Source: Paragordius varius (Eukaryota > Animalia > Nematomorpha). Taken from it: a stretch of 64,000 bases of DNA. Made by a program: the position numbers and the translations under genes. The stretch covers positions 8,184,001-8,248,000 of the forward strand of contig OZ176053.1 in the NCBI GenBank assembly GCA_964247055.1, read 5' to 3'. Each line of letters opens with the position of its first letter. The stretch's first letter is position 1. The notes below the pieces were generated by a model, which did no database searches, was not told the DNA's origin, and saw only the letters and a program-made list of their open reading frames with translations. This document shows positions 13,845-27,000 of this stretch, one piece after another.

Positions 13845-16800
13845 TAGCGTGAATCTCGTGCTGCTACGCAGCCCGAGGAAGTCCTTCGGACTTCTGGGGG
13901 GGGGTTCGAAGTTTGGATTTGAATGGGTCTACCGTTTTTCCTGTAGATCACAAAGCCAGCATTTTCCATTTTTATAAATATATAGATTACCATAAATAAT
14001 GTTTTAATATCCATATATCTTTTAACATGCTATACATATGATAGATACTCCTTACTCAGCAGCTATCATCAAAGAAACGCCTGACTAAAATTTTTGCCTT
14101 TTAACAGGCAATACGAAAAATCTTTCTCGAATTTTTACAGTCTCATACCGTGGACAAAAAAATACAATCAAAAAAATATTTTTGTCGACTTTGTTTTTTT
14201 TTTGAAAAAAATGGCATTTTACGGGGGTAGCGGGTAAAAAGAGGGCCTAAATCAAAAATATGTTCAGCGCGATCAAAAATAAGTAAACAAAAATCATATT
14301 TGAAATTGAATGGTCCAACACGTTCTCCAAAAAATTGACTTAACCCATTTTTCACACGGGGTGGGCCCAAACTGGGGACCTAATTCCAAAAAAGGGCGAA
14401 GCTATTGTCGGGGCATTCATTAATGATTATATTTTTTCGATGTTTGGATTTGAATGGGTTCACCGGTTTTCCGGAAACAGATCACAAAGTTATATGAAAA
14501 ATCAGTTTTTAGCGGGTAGCTCCTTACCCAGCAGCTATCATCAAATAAACGGTGGACTAAAATTTTTGCCTTTTAACAGGGAATACGTGGAATCTTTATT
14601 GAATTTTTACGGTCTCATACCTAGGGCGAAAAATCGATTTAGAAAAATATTTTTGTGGACTTTGTTTTTTGAAAAAAATGGCATTTTACGGGGGGAGCGG
14701 GTAAAAAGAGGGCCTAAATCAAAAAAGTGGCTCGACTATGTTCGGCGCAATCGAAAATAAGTAAACAAAAATTATATTTGAAATTGAATGGTCCAACACG
14801 TTCTCCGGAAAATTGTCTCAAAAACACGATTTTGTGGACTTCTGTTTTCAAAAAAAAACCCGTTTTTCATTCGGGGTGGGCCCGAACTGGGGGCCTATTT
14901 CAAAAAAAGGGCGAAGCTATTGTCGGGACATTTATTAATGATTATATTTTTTCGATATTTGGATTTGATTGGGTCTACCGGTTTTCCTGTACCAGATCAC
15001 AAAGCCAGCATTTTCCATTTTTATAAATATATAGATGAGGATAAATAATGTATTAATATCCATATATCTTTTAACATGCTATGCATATGATAGATACTCC
15101 TTACTCAGCATCTATCATCAAAGAAACGCTTGACTAAAATTTTTGCCTTTTAACAGGCAATACGAAAAATCTTTCTCGAATTTTTACAGTCTCATACCGT
15201 GGGCAAAAAAATACAATCAAAAAAATATTTTTGTGGACTTTGTTTTTTTTTGAAAAAATGGCATTTTACGGGGGGAGCGGGTAAAAAGAGGGCCTAAATC
15301 AAAAAAGTGACTCGACTATGTTCGGCGCAATCGAAAATAAGTAAACAAAAATCATATTTGAAATTGAATGGTCCAACACGTTCTCCAAAAAATTGACTTA
15401 ACCCATTTTTCACACGGGGTGGGCCCAAACTGGGGACCTAATTCCCAAAAAGGGCGAAGCTATTGTCGGGGCATTCATTAATGATTATATTTTTTCGATG
15501 TTTGGATTTGAATGGGTTCACCGGTTTTCCGGAAACAGATCACAAAGTTATATGAAAAATCAGTTTTTAGCGGGTAGCTCCTTACCCAGCAGCTATCATC
15601 AAATAAACGGTGGACTAAAATTTTTGCCTTTTAACAGGGAATACGTGGAATCTTTATTGAATTTTTACGGTCTCATACCTAGGGCGAAAAATCGATTTAG
15701 AAAAATATTTTTGTGGACTTTGTTTTTTGAAAAAAATGGCATTTTACGGGGGGAGCGGGTAAAAAGAGGGCCTAAATCAAAAAAGTGGCTCGACTATGTT
15801 CGGCGCAATCGAAAATAAGTAAACAAAAATTATATTTGAAATTGAATGGTCCAACACGTTCTCCGGAAAATTGTCTCAAAAACACGATTTTGTGGACTTC
15901 TGTTTTCAAAAAAAAACCCGTTTTTCATTCGGGGTGGGCCCGAACTGGGGGCCTATTTCAAAAAAAGGGCGAAGCTATTGTCGGGACATTTATTAATGAT
16001 TATATTTTTTCGATATTTGGATTTGATTGGGTCTACCGGTTTTCCTGTACCAGATCACAAAGCCAGCATTTTCCATTTTTATAAATATATAGATGAGGAT
16101 AAATAATGTATTAATATCCATATATCTTTTAACATGCTAAGCATATGTCCTTACTCAGCATCTATCATCAAAGAAACGCTTGACTAAAATTTTTGCCTTT
16201 TAACAGGCAATACGAAAAATCTTTCTCGAATTTTTACAGTCTCATACCGTGGGCAAAAAAATACAATCAAAAAAATATTTTTGTGGACTTTGTTTTTTTT
16301 TTGAAAAAAATGGCATTTTACGGGGGTAGCGGGTAAAAAGAGGGCCTAAATCAAAAATATGTTCAGCGCGATCAAAAATAAGTAAACAAAAATCATATTT
16401 GAAATTGAATGGTCCAACACGTTCTCCAAAAAATTGACTTAACCCATTTTTCACACGGGGTGGGCCCAAACTGGGGACCTAATTCCCAAAAAGGGCGAAG
16501 CTATTGTCGGGGCATTCATTAATGATTATATTTTTTCGATGTTTGGATTTGAATGGGTTCACCGGTTTTCCGGAAACAGATCACAAAGTTATATGAAAAA
16601 TCAGTTTTTAGCGGGTAGCTCCTTACCCAGCAGCTATCATCAAATAAACGGTGGACTAAAATTTTTGCCTTTTAACAGGGAATACGTGGAATCTTTATTG
16701 AATTTTTACGGTCTCATACCTAGGGCGAAAAATCGATTTAGAAAAATATTTTTGTGGACTTTGTTTTTTGAAAAAAATGGCATTTTACGGGGGGAGCGGG

Positions 16801-19231
16801 TAAAAAGAGGGCCTAAATCAAAAAAGTGGCTCGACTATGTTCGGCGCAATCGAAAATAAGTAAACAAAAATTATATTTGAAATTGAATGGTCCAACACGT
16901 TCTCCGGAAAATTGTCTCAAAAACACGATTTTGTGGACTTCTGTTTTCAAAAAAAAACCCGTTTTTCATTCGGGGTGGGCCCGAACTGGGGGCCTATTTC
17001 AAAAAAGGGCGAAGCTATTGTCGGGACATTTATTAATGATTATATTTTTTCGATATTTGGATTTGATTGGGTCTACCGGTTTTCCTGTACCAGATCACAA
17101 AGCCAGCATTTTCCATTTTTATAAATATATAGATGAGGATAAATAATGTATTAATATCCATATATCTTTTAACATGCTATGCATATGATAGATACTCCTT
17201 ACTCAGCATCTATCATCAAAGAAACGCTTGACTAAAATTTTTGCCTTTTAACAGGCAATACGAAAAATCTTTCTCGAATTTTTACAGTCTCATACCGTGG
17301 GCAAAAAAATACAATCAAAAAAATATTTTTGTGGACTTTGTTTTTTTTTGAAAAAATGGCATTTTACGGGGGGAGCGGGTAAAAAGAGGGCCTAAATCAA
17401 AAAAGTGACTCGACTATGTTCGGCGCAATCGAAAATAAGTAAACAAAAATCATATTTGAAATTGAATGGTCCAACACGTTCTCCAAAAAATTGACTTAAC
17501 CCATTTTTCACACGGGGTGGGCCCAAACTGGGGACCTAATTCCCAAAAAGGGCGAAGCTATTGTCGGGGCATTCATTAATGATTATATTTTTTCGATGTT
17601 TGGATTTGAATGGGTTCACCGGTTTTCCGGAAACAGATCACAAAGTTATATGAAAAATCAGTTTTTAGCGGGTAGCTCCTTACCCAGCAGCTATCATCAA
17701 ATAAACGGTGGACTAAAATTTTTGCCTTTTAACAGGGAATACGTGGAATCTTTATTGAATTTTTACGGTCTCATACCTAGGGCGAAAAATCGATTTAGAA
17801 AAATATTTTTGTGGACTTTGTTTTTTGAAAAAAATGGCATTTTACGGGGGGAGCGGGTAAAAAGAGGGCCTAAATCAAAAAAGTGGCTCGACTATGTTCG
17901 GCGCAATCGAAAATAAGTAAACAAAAATTATATTTGAAATTGAATGGTCCAACACGTTCTCCGGAAAATTGTCTCAAAAACACGATTTTGTGGACTTCTG
18001 TTTTCAAAAAAAAACCCGTTTTTCATTCGGGGTGGGCCCGAACTGGGGGCCTATTTCAAAAAAAGGGCGAAGCTATTGTCGGGACATTTATTAATGATTA
18101 TATTTTTTCGATATTTGGATTTGATTGGGTCTACCGGTTTTCCTGTACCAGATCACAAAGCCAGCATTTTCCATTTTTATAAATATATAGATGAGGATAA
18201 ATAATGTATTAATATCCATATATCTTTTAACATGCTATGCATATGTCCTTACTCAGCATCTATCATCAAAGAAACGCTTGACTAAAATTTTTGCCTTTTA
18301 ACAGGCAATACGAAAAATCTTTCTCGAATTTTTACAGTCTCATACCGTGGGCAAAAAAATACAATCAAAAAAATATTTTTGTGGACTTTGTTTTTTTTTT
18401 GAAAAAAATGGCATTTTACGGGGGTAGCGGGTAAAAAGAGGGCCTAAATCAAAAATATGTTCAGCGCGATCAAAAATAAGTAAACAAAAATCATATTTGA
18501 AATTGAATGGTCCAACACGTTCTCCAAAAAATTGACTTAACCCATTTTTCACACGGGGTGGGCCCAAACTGGGGACCTAATTCCCAAAAAGGGCGAAGCT
18601 ATTGTCGGGGCATTCATTAATGATTATATTTTTTCGATGTTTGGATTTGAATGGGTTCACCGGTTTTCCGGAAACAGATCACAAAGTTATATGAAAAATC
18701 AGTTTTTAGCGGGTAGCTCCTTACCCAGCAGCTATCATCAAATAAACGGTGGACTAAAATTTTTGCCTTTTAACAGGGAATACGTGGAATCTTTATTGAA
18801 TTTTTACGGTCTCATACCTAAGGCGAAAAATCGATTTAAAAAAATATTTCTGTGGACTTTGTTTTTTGAAAAAAATGGCATTTTACCGGGGGAGCGGGTA
18901 AAAAGAGGGCCTAAATCAAAAAAGTGGCTCGGCTATGTTCAGCGCAATCGAAAATAAGTAAACAAAAATCATATTTGAAATTGAATGGCCCAACACGTTC
19001 TCCGGAAAATTGTCTCAAAAACACGATTTTGTGGACTTCTGTTTTCAAAAAAAACCCGTTTTTCATACGGGGTGGGCCCGAACTGGGGGCCTATTTCAAA
19101 AAAAGGGCGAAGCTATTGTCGGGACATTTATTAATGATTATATTTTTTCGATATTTGGATTTGATTGGGTCTACCGGTTTTCCTGTACCAGATCACAAAG
19201 CCAGCATTTTCCATTTTTATAAATATATAGA
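13844..19231 (-). mobile_element. Non-autonomous Helitron expanded into a tandem array of five ~1.05-kb units plus a 143-bp terminal unit
   Basis: Read on the minus strand: 5' A|TCTATATAT at 19231, 3' hairpin followed by CTAG|T at 13844, flanked by TA-rich microsatellite on both sides. The 5' TCTATATATTTATAAAAATGG end recurs at 18191, 17133, 16093, 15035 and 13986. Confidence 0.85.
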
Positions 19232-20157
19232 TTATATATATATATATATATTATATATGTGTGTGTGTATTTATATAAAAGTTGTACATATTTTATTGAT
19301 AAATGGATGTCACATATAATTTGACATTTAAAATACATCATTTTTGCGCAGTGGTTTATTTATACAGCAAACATGGTTAGGCAATGCGAAAAAGATATCA
19401 TTTTATAATTGTACTCATTAATGTTTATATGTATACGAGAAGAGTTTTAAGATATACATCTTTTTCGGTCACACTACGTTTCAAACATTGTTATTAAAAT
19501 TTATGACTTAAGAACTCAAATGGCAATAATATACAATAAAAAAACTTTTTACCTTTTATATAAAACGAATTCCTTATTTTGAAATCGATTTTTGGATATT
19601 TTCATAAAAAAATATTTTAGTTGTCTCATGCAATGATAAAAAATAATTGTTTTGTTTTGCTTTCCCCGATTGTGTGATAATAATTTTATATACAGTGTGT
19701 AGTATGCATTGCTAGAAAATTATTAATTATTGCCAAATAGTAAATACAACAAAGCGAAGTATTATTGGCTTATAGTTATTTTTTTCATTTTTTCCTATTA
19801 TTAGCCAATAACACTGCCCTTTGTTTGCATTTACTATTTGGCAATAATTCATAAACTTACTCATACTGTAAATACAAATTATAAATGATCGTATAAATAT
19901 TGGTAAAAATTGTAAGAATAATAAAGGTTTATGGTAGATTAGCCATAATGCCAAATAAATTTAACAAGAAAAACAAGATTGGGGAATACAGTAAATAGCT
20001 AAACTATTGGTTATTCAAGTCTTTTTTAATTGGAGAGTAAACAAGCATTTAAATTTGTAGGATGATCTTTCTTGTTTGTGTAGAAACTATTGTGGAGGTA
20101 GAAAACTACCTTAATAGTTATTAAATGTTGATGAATAAAACCAAAAAAATCCTTGAT

Positions 20158-20197
<40 letters not shown>

Positions 20198-20415
20198 ATA
20201 TATATATATATATATATTTGCTTTTACCATATAATCAATAATTGTATTACAACTTTCTTTAACATGGCTAAATAGTTCGACATCCTTATTTTTTTTATTT
20301 AATATTTTTAATCAATTTGTTACACTGCAAATTTTGTATTCCACACTATGTATTGTTCAAAAAATAACCATAAATTGTAATTCTCAATAACGAAATGTCT
20401 AATAATAAGCATATA

Positions 20416-20724
20416 CAACAGTGTCCAACACTCGGCCCTTCAAATATTTATACAGACAGCTATAAATTTTAAAAATACCAAATACAAATTTTTTTATAAT
20501 TAAACAAATACTCTTTAATAAATCTAGGTTAAATTGATATTTTTCTATAAGTCCTTCCAAATTTTGGCAAACTACCAAAAATTATTAAAATAAATAGCAG
20601 TTATTTTGTGTTTTTTAATTCAGTTTTATGTTTAAATATTTATCAATGCCAATATGCTTGAATGCGGCCATTGAATTTTTTGAGTAAATAATGTGGCCCG
20701 CAAAGCTTATGTTGGACATCCCTG
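20416..20724. mobile_element. hAT-like MITE
   Basis: CAACAGTGTCCAAC ... GTTGGACATCCCTG termini, same family as 8053. Confidence 0.55.
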
Positions 20725-20729
20725 TTATA

Positions 20730-20931
20730 CAGTATATGTTGATTATAACTTACAAATGCTGGCTTATTCACATTTGGTCAAACAGTAGTGTATGGAAAAA
20801 AATTAACAAAAAATAAACAATTTTTTCCTATATTACTTTGCTTTAATTCAACTCTTTGTTGTTTTTTACCATACATTACTGTGTTGCCGATTGACCAACA
20901 TGTGAATAAGCCAGGATTAAAATGCATACTG
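20730..20931. mobile_element. TA-flanked MITE (CAGTAT...ATACTG) just upstream of the NCoR-like ORF
   Basis: TA|CAGTATATG ... TGCATACTG|TA with internal inverted repeats (gctggcttattcaca / tgtgaataagccag). Confidence 0.65.
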
Positions 20932-21080
20932 TATTTGCTCAAATATTAAACCAAAAAATAATTTTAATATATTATTTTATGCATGACAGATAAGGAAACC
21001 TTCATTAACACAAATCTAACATTGATGCCATATTTTATATCCCAAGTCAAAGGACTTTGAATAACAAAAGATATAATGAT

Positions 21081-24000
21081 ATGGTGATCGCTTCCTTTTT
21101 AACCGACGGTACGATCAAAAGTATGTCGCATGAACCCTTTAAAACATTATCTTGTCCCTCAGCAGTACAGCAAAATAATCAGCGTAGGAATGAAAATAGC
21201 AATAATACTTGTAATAATAAAGTTTCAAATGACAATCTCTCATCCCATCACCAACCGTTGTATAATAAAATGTCACCAAAAAACAATAACTGCAATTCAA
21301 TGCCCAACCCCTTTCCGTTCCCATATCACCCGGCTGCCATGTTTATGATGCCACCGCCTTTGGGCAATTTATCTACACTGATGCAGGAAAATATGGTTGG
21401 TGCGTTAAATAAGCCGCCTACAGCTACGAATAATACAACTAATAACTATTTCAATAACATGGAAATAAATGGGGCCGTAAATGAAACGTTGGATATGCGC
21501 GCCCCTAATAATTCTACTACGTTAAATAAGCCGCCAAAACTTAGCAATCAACATAGTTTCTATGAAGATAATACCAATATGAGCGTTAAAAGAAATTTGA
21601 ATGCCCCACCACAGGCTAACGGAAGCACAATTTGTACTTCTGGTGCTGGGTGGCCTTTTAACGCTGAACCGGCAGTCTTGGCTTCTATGATGGAAGCGGG
21701 CAGCGGTGGTGTCTTACCCAAATACCCAATCATTGACGGGCTTGTAAATGCCCTAATGATGGGAAACGGAGGAAGTACAGGTCCCAACTGTCCTGATAAT
21801 TTGGTGGACACCAATACTATGAATGGTGATGGTAATGATAGTGGTGGTGTCCTCTTATCCAATTTGGAACAAAAACAAAAATTGTTGAATGCCTTACGGC
21901 TCCAACAACAACAGCAACAAGCACTCTTGCTTCAACAACAGCAACAACAACAAAATCTCTTGCTTTCATCTTTCATGTACCCACACCTTTTTCAACACAA
22001 CAACAACAATGGCATTATGAACCCGATGATGAAAAATACTCAACTTTCCACTAACCCTACCCAAAACACTAATGACATTGACCGAAACAAAGCTAACACG
22101 CTGAAAGAAACATCATGTGGCAGTAATATCACAAAATTCAATGCTCAAACAACCCGTGCTACGAGCACAACTAGTTCAATGAATTATGCTGCTGGCCACC
22201 CATCTATGATGATGATGGCGATGACATCCAATTCAAACTCGCTACCATTTCCAATACCCCCACACATGTTACCAATAATTGGTAATTATGGTAACAACAA
22301 CAACAACAATGCGAATACCCAGAATTCTCTACTACCGCCAAACAACCATAATGCCATAAATAACAATAATATCCCATTTCCTCATCCATCATTGATGATG
22401 AACCATCCTTCGATGCTTTTAGCAGCGGCGGCGGCTGCATCATCATTTGTAAATGGCCAGAATTTAGGAACTTTCCCCTTAGTAGGCAATCAAACCTCAA
22501 ATTGTCTTGGTGGTAACAACGATATACCCCATTTACATATTTCTTCCTGTTCTAGAAACCTAAAAGACATGGGACAAATAGGAAACCTTACCCCTCCATC
22601 CTCGCTTTTAACACCAACCCCGACACCCATACCCCCTATTGGTCATACAATATCAGCCCAAGGGGTTGCGCATCCTAAATCGATGAATAAATACGCAGCT
22701 AATGGTAATGAAAATATATTAGGGAGGCCTGATCTCCTACTACAGCATCAATTACTCATGTCATACTTGAATAATCAGGCGGCTCAAAGCAATCATAATA
22801 ACTCCAATGGGCAGATGGGTTTTCCTGAAAACCCAGCATCCATAGACCCTCTTTTAATACCTTATTTACAGTTCTTAGAACAACAACAACAAATGGCCGC
22901 CCTGGCTTCACAAAATGCACCTAATGCCAATGTTTCAAATCAATATAATAATTCCATGTCTATGGGCCCTATCAAAACGTCATCGTCCCAAAAGTGGATG
23001 AATGATGCCAATCCGAATAATACATCCTTAAACAATCCCAAATTATTGCACAATAATTTGGATATCCACAAAAAAGTCATGAATCAAAATGTTACAACTC
23101 CAATCAATTCGACGATTCATAGTGGTGTGAGTACAATAGCCAACACCTCTGCTTCAGCCGTTTCAGGATCTCAACATAATCTCCAGATTGCACCCCATCC
23201 CTTTTTCGCCATACCTCCGTTTGCACCACCTCTATTCTCATCGAGTAATACTATTGTGTCGCAAATGTTTTGGCCCCTTAATATCTCATCTTCAATCACA
23301 TCTTTTCCAGGTTTGTTCACTAATGTCTTTATATTTTTATAATAAATTTATCCATATTATACAGTCATAATATCTAAAACATTTTTAATTTGGGTTTTTG
23401 ATCGGTTAAAAATAACCGGTCTGACCGCTTTAATGTCACTTACGATTGTAAGCAGCCAATTAAAACCACGCATATAAATTTCTTAATTTTTTATTTTTAT
23501 AATCATATAAAGACTTTGCGCCAGAAACAAAAGGTGCCGCATCATTGCAACACAATAAAGGAGTTAAACGTTCTATAACACCCATGGCCAAAACAAACAA
23601 TAACAAAAACGTCAAAAATTCATCTAATCATTTAACACCAAATAATAATAATACTACCTGTAATAACAATAAAATGTTATTGAAGAATTGTGGTCCTAAC
23701 CGAAAACAAGTAATTTTTCGTGTATTTCTCGTTATTTTAGTTCGTATTTAGGAATCCTATAAATAATACATTTGTTATAAAATTACCAAGAAATTTGAAT
23801 TTGAGTCAAAACATTTATACCTTTTAACATTTCCTTCATATAAAATAAGGTCTGTTTGTATTAATTAATAGCAATGAACTTAACGAAACACCATGTATGT
23901 GGTAAGGCCAAAAAACAAAGCGCCAAACAATTAAATAATAACTGACGATAATGTATTAACATTTCATTACCTTTTTACTTTTTGTCTAGTTTACATTTTG

Positions 24001-27000
24001 GGGTAGTCTTATATTCCAGAACACAATTTGAGTTTTGAAAGTTGTTTTAGATAGAATATAATTATTAAACATTGCTCTAATGTATCAGATGAAAAAGCTT
24101 ATATTTTTACAGCTTTGCGACTTGTATTAAATTGGGACAGTTTTAAAACACGATTGAAACTAAAATTAAAGTATATCAAGTTTTTGAGCTAATTTCATTT
24201 TACAGCCATAATATACATTTATTTGCCTGTTGTATTAGCGAATAAAAATGGCGTCAAAAACTTTAAAATAAGGATTTTTTTACGGTTTTTTTAAATTAAA
24301 TTGTATAATGTGCCTAAAAGATTAAAGAAAGCAAGTTTTTAAATTCGGCTTAATATATTAAATACTTTTTAAGATATTCGAACAAAGGGCTCGGGGATAT
24401 AAAACCCCCTTAAAGGTAATAGAGTGGAAAATTAAAAAATTATAAAATGGCATGAATTTTTTATAATAAATCGTTTATGGGAATGGACACAAAAATCATT
24501 GAAAAAATTGGGTTTAACTTAGAATATAAACGAAATTTATTTTTATCAGGCTATAAATTTTTTATCGATCGGTGTTAAGGCGATATTTTTTGGCATTTAG
24601 TTTTTTAGAAAGTTTTCTAGGTCTGATAATATTAGCGCTTCCTGACCATTTGGGGTAATTTTTTGCCCCAGGTCCATTGGCCCAATTTGAAAATATGCTT
24701 TCTTTAGCCTATTACCTGATCCAAAAATTTTTTTTAAAAAAATGTAAAATTAGATAATATTCTCATTTTTTCCATATAATGTTTAAATCGTGAATACAAC
24801 ACAACTGTATATAATTAAAAAATAAATAATTAAAAGCTTTCAAATCACAATTTAACAGCAAATTATTAATTTTAATATCAAATGTTCGTTCAATCGTGTT
24901 TTGTAGCTTTTTGAATCTAGGATAGAAGTTAAAAAACTGTACAAATTATAATTTTTTTATCTAATACAGGGGAAGAGGGTTTGATAATAAAATTTTTACC
25001 AAAACAACTTTTAAAACAGTAGTTTTTTTATTACTTTTTCTATTAGAAAAATACAACAAAATGTCATCGCGTAAAATAATTAAGTCTTAATAAATCTATA
25101 ATTTTTAGGTGTTTATAATTTTTTTGTATTTTAGAATAAAAATGCGTTTTACCATGTTAAATTAAATTTTAAACATTATATAAACGTATATCTCACTGCC
25201 CAAATGCCTCCTTGTTGGCGTCTGTATCACTAACTCTATCTTGATTCGGCATTTATTCAATTTTAAATATTAAATTAAATACATTGAATAAATGTTTTCT
25301 TGCATATATTTATTAAAAATATAATATAGATATTTGAAGAAGCGTCAGAACTCAATCATTACAATCCTGCTAGAGGTAAGAACATTGCTAATCGCACCAT
25401 GTCAAACACATCGATTGTCAAAACTGTGTCTGGAACATTTTCATTGGGTCCAATACCTACATCCACTCAAAATAGCATGATGGTGGAAGAAAATAAATAC
25501 AGCTTTTTGAAAAATTCTATCATAACTGACATACAAAAGCTGGACTCTCATATTGATGCACTTGAATCTCGTATAACATTTTTGACACAAACCAAGGCCG
25601 AAATTTCCAAACAATTGGAAGATAAATGTATGATGCCTGTATCCAATCATCAATCACCCAATAACTTTTATGAATCATCAGTATCTGATGCTCCATTCCT
25701 TGATTCTTTACACCAAGACCGTATAGTAAAAGAGAATGAATTAAAATTGTATCAACACGATTTGGAAAAACATCTGATACCAATTTCATCTATTTGTAAC
25801 TCAAATAAAAATTCTGCCCAAGTATCTGGCAACAAACACATTTTATATACTGGTGGATCGCATGGACAACACTCACAAATATCCATGATAAATTATTGTG
25901 ATATACGTTTTAATGATGTAAAAACGCAACATATTCGATCATACTTGAGCCAAGCGCTCAGTCAAAAATTAAGGTCCACCTATGTAAGTCATAAACGCTT
26001 TGTCACAGCCTACAAATTAGCCAAGGAGAATTGGATTGAAGGCGTGTCCAAAGCCAATAAAATTGCAAAGCGTCGGAATCGAGATGCAAAAGCAAGAGAG
26101 TTTTTTGAGAGTCAATACCCCGAACTAAGGGATGATAGGTTGGAACGTGAACGGCTTAAACGAGTCTGGACCCGTAACACCATGGGCAATTATGCCCGGA
26201 CTGAAACGGACGTTGAAGAAATTAGTAAACGCTTACTCGAACAAGAGGAGGAGAAAAAACGGTTATACAATCTATCGGCTAGAATCCCATGCTTACTTAC
26301 GCCCGCAGATAAAGCTAATGAAAGGCGGTACGTTTACATTGATAGTTTACGGATCGTTGAAACGCCCGTGACATCACCGATAGTACAAAATATTGCAAAC
26401 AACGCTAATATCCCTCGTATTTTGCGACAAAATTGTCCCGGATACATAACACCGCTGCAAGCTAAATTGATTCGAAACGCTCATTTTAGCGTATGGAATG
26501 CGGAGGAAAGGGAGATTTTTAAACGGTCCTACGCTACAGCCCCAAAAGAGTTTGATAGCATTTCCAAAGCCTGTCACAAGGTATTTTACTTATTTTTAAC
26601 AAAGTTTATTCATAAATTTGTACATACTATATTTTATCTCAACCCTTTAGCCGGTGTCAGAATGTGTGCGCTTTTATTATCTCACAAAAAAACGGGAAAA
26701 TTATAAAAAGGTTTTGAAACGACGCATGGTCAAAAAACGTAAAGTTGTCTCAAGCAGCAGCAATAATAGTGGTACAACAAATAATGTTACCCACACCAAT
26801 ACATCATCTACCATAGTCACAAACATTACAACAACGAGTAGTATTAATGACACCATTTCAACCTTTCAAACACAATCTCAACCACCTCCTCTTACAGTTG
26901 ATAACACATTAAACACCAATAATAATTCAAACAATAATTTACTATCCTCCAAAGACACGACAACGACTCTAGACAATTTGGATAGGACAGAAAAAAACGA

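Noticed and set aside
14143-19319. Repeated 70-131-aa ORFs (MFGFEWVHRF..., MARLCSAQSK..., MGPPRVKNG...)
   Set aside because: They recur only because the Helitron array is tandem; homopolymer indels shift their frames between units, and there is no RepHel or other recognisable motif.
19342-19356. TTTGCGCAGTGG resembling the U4 snRNA 5' end
   Set aside because: The downstream sequence does not continue the U4 pattern and no Sm site or stems are visible.
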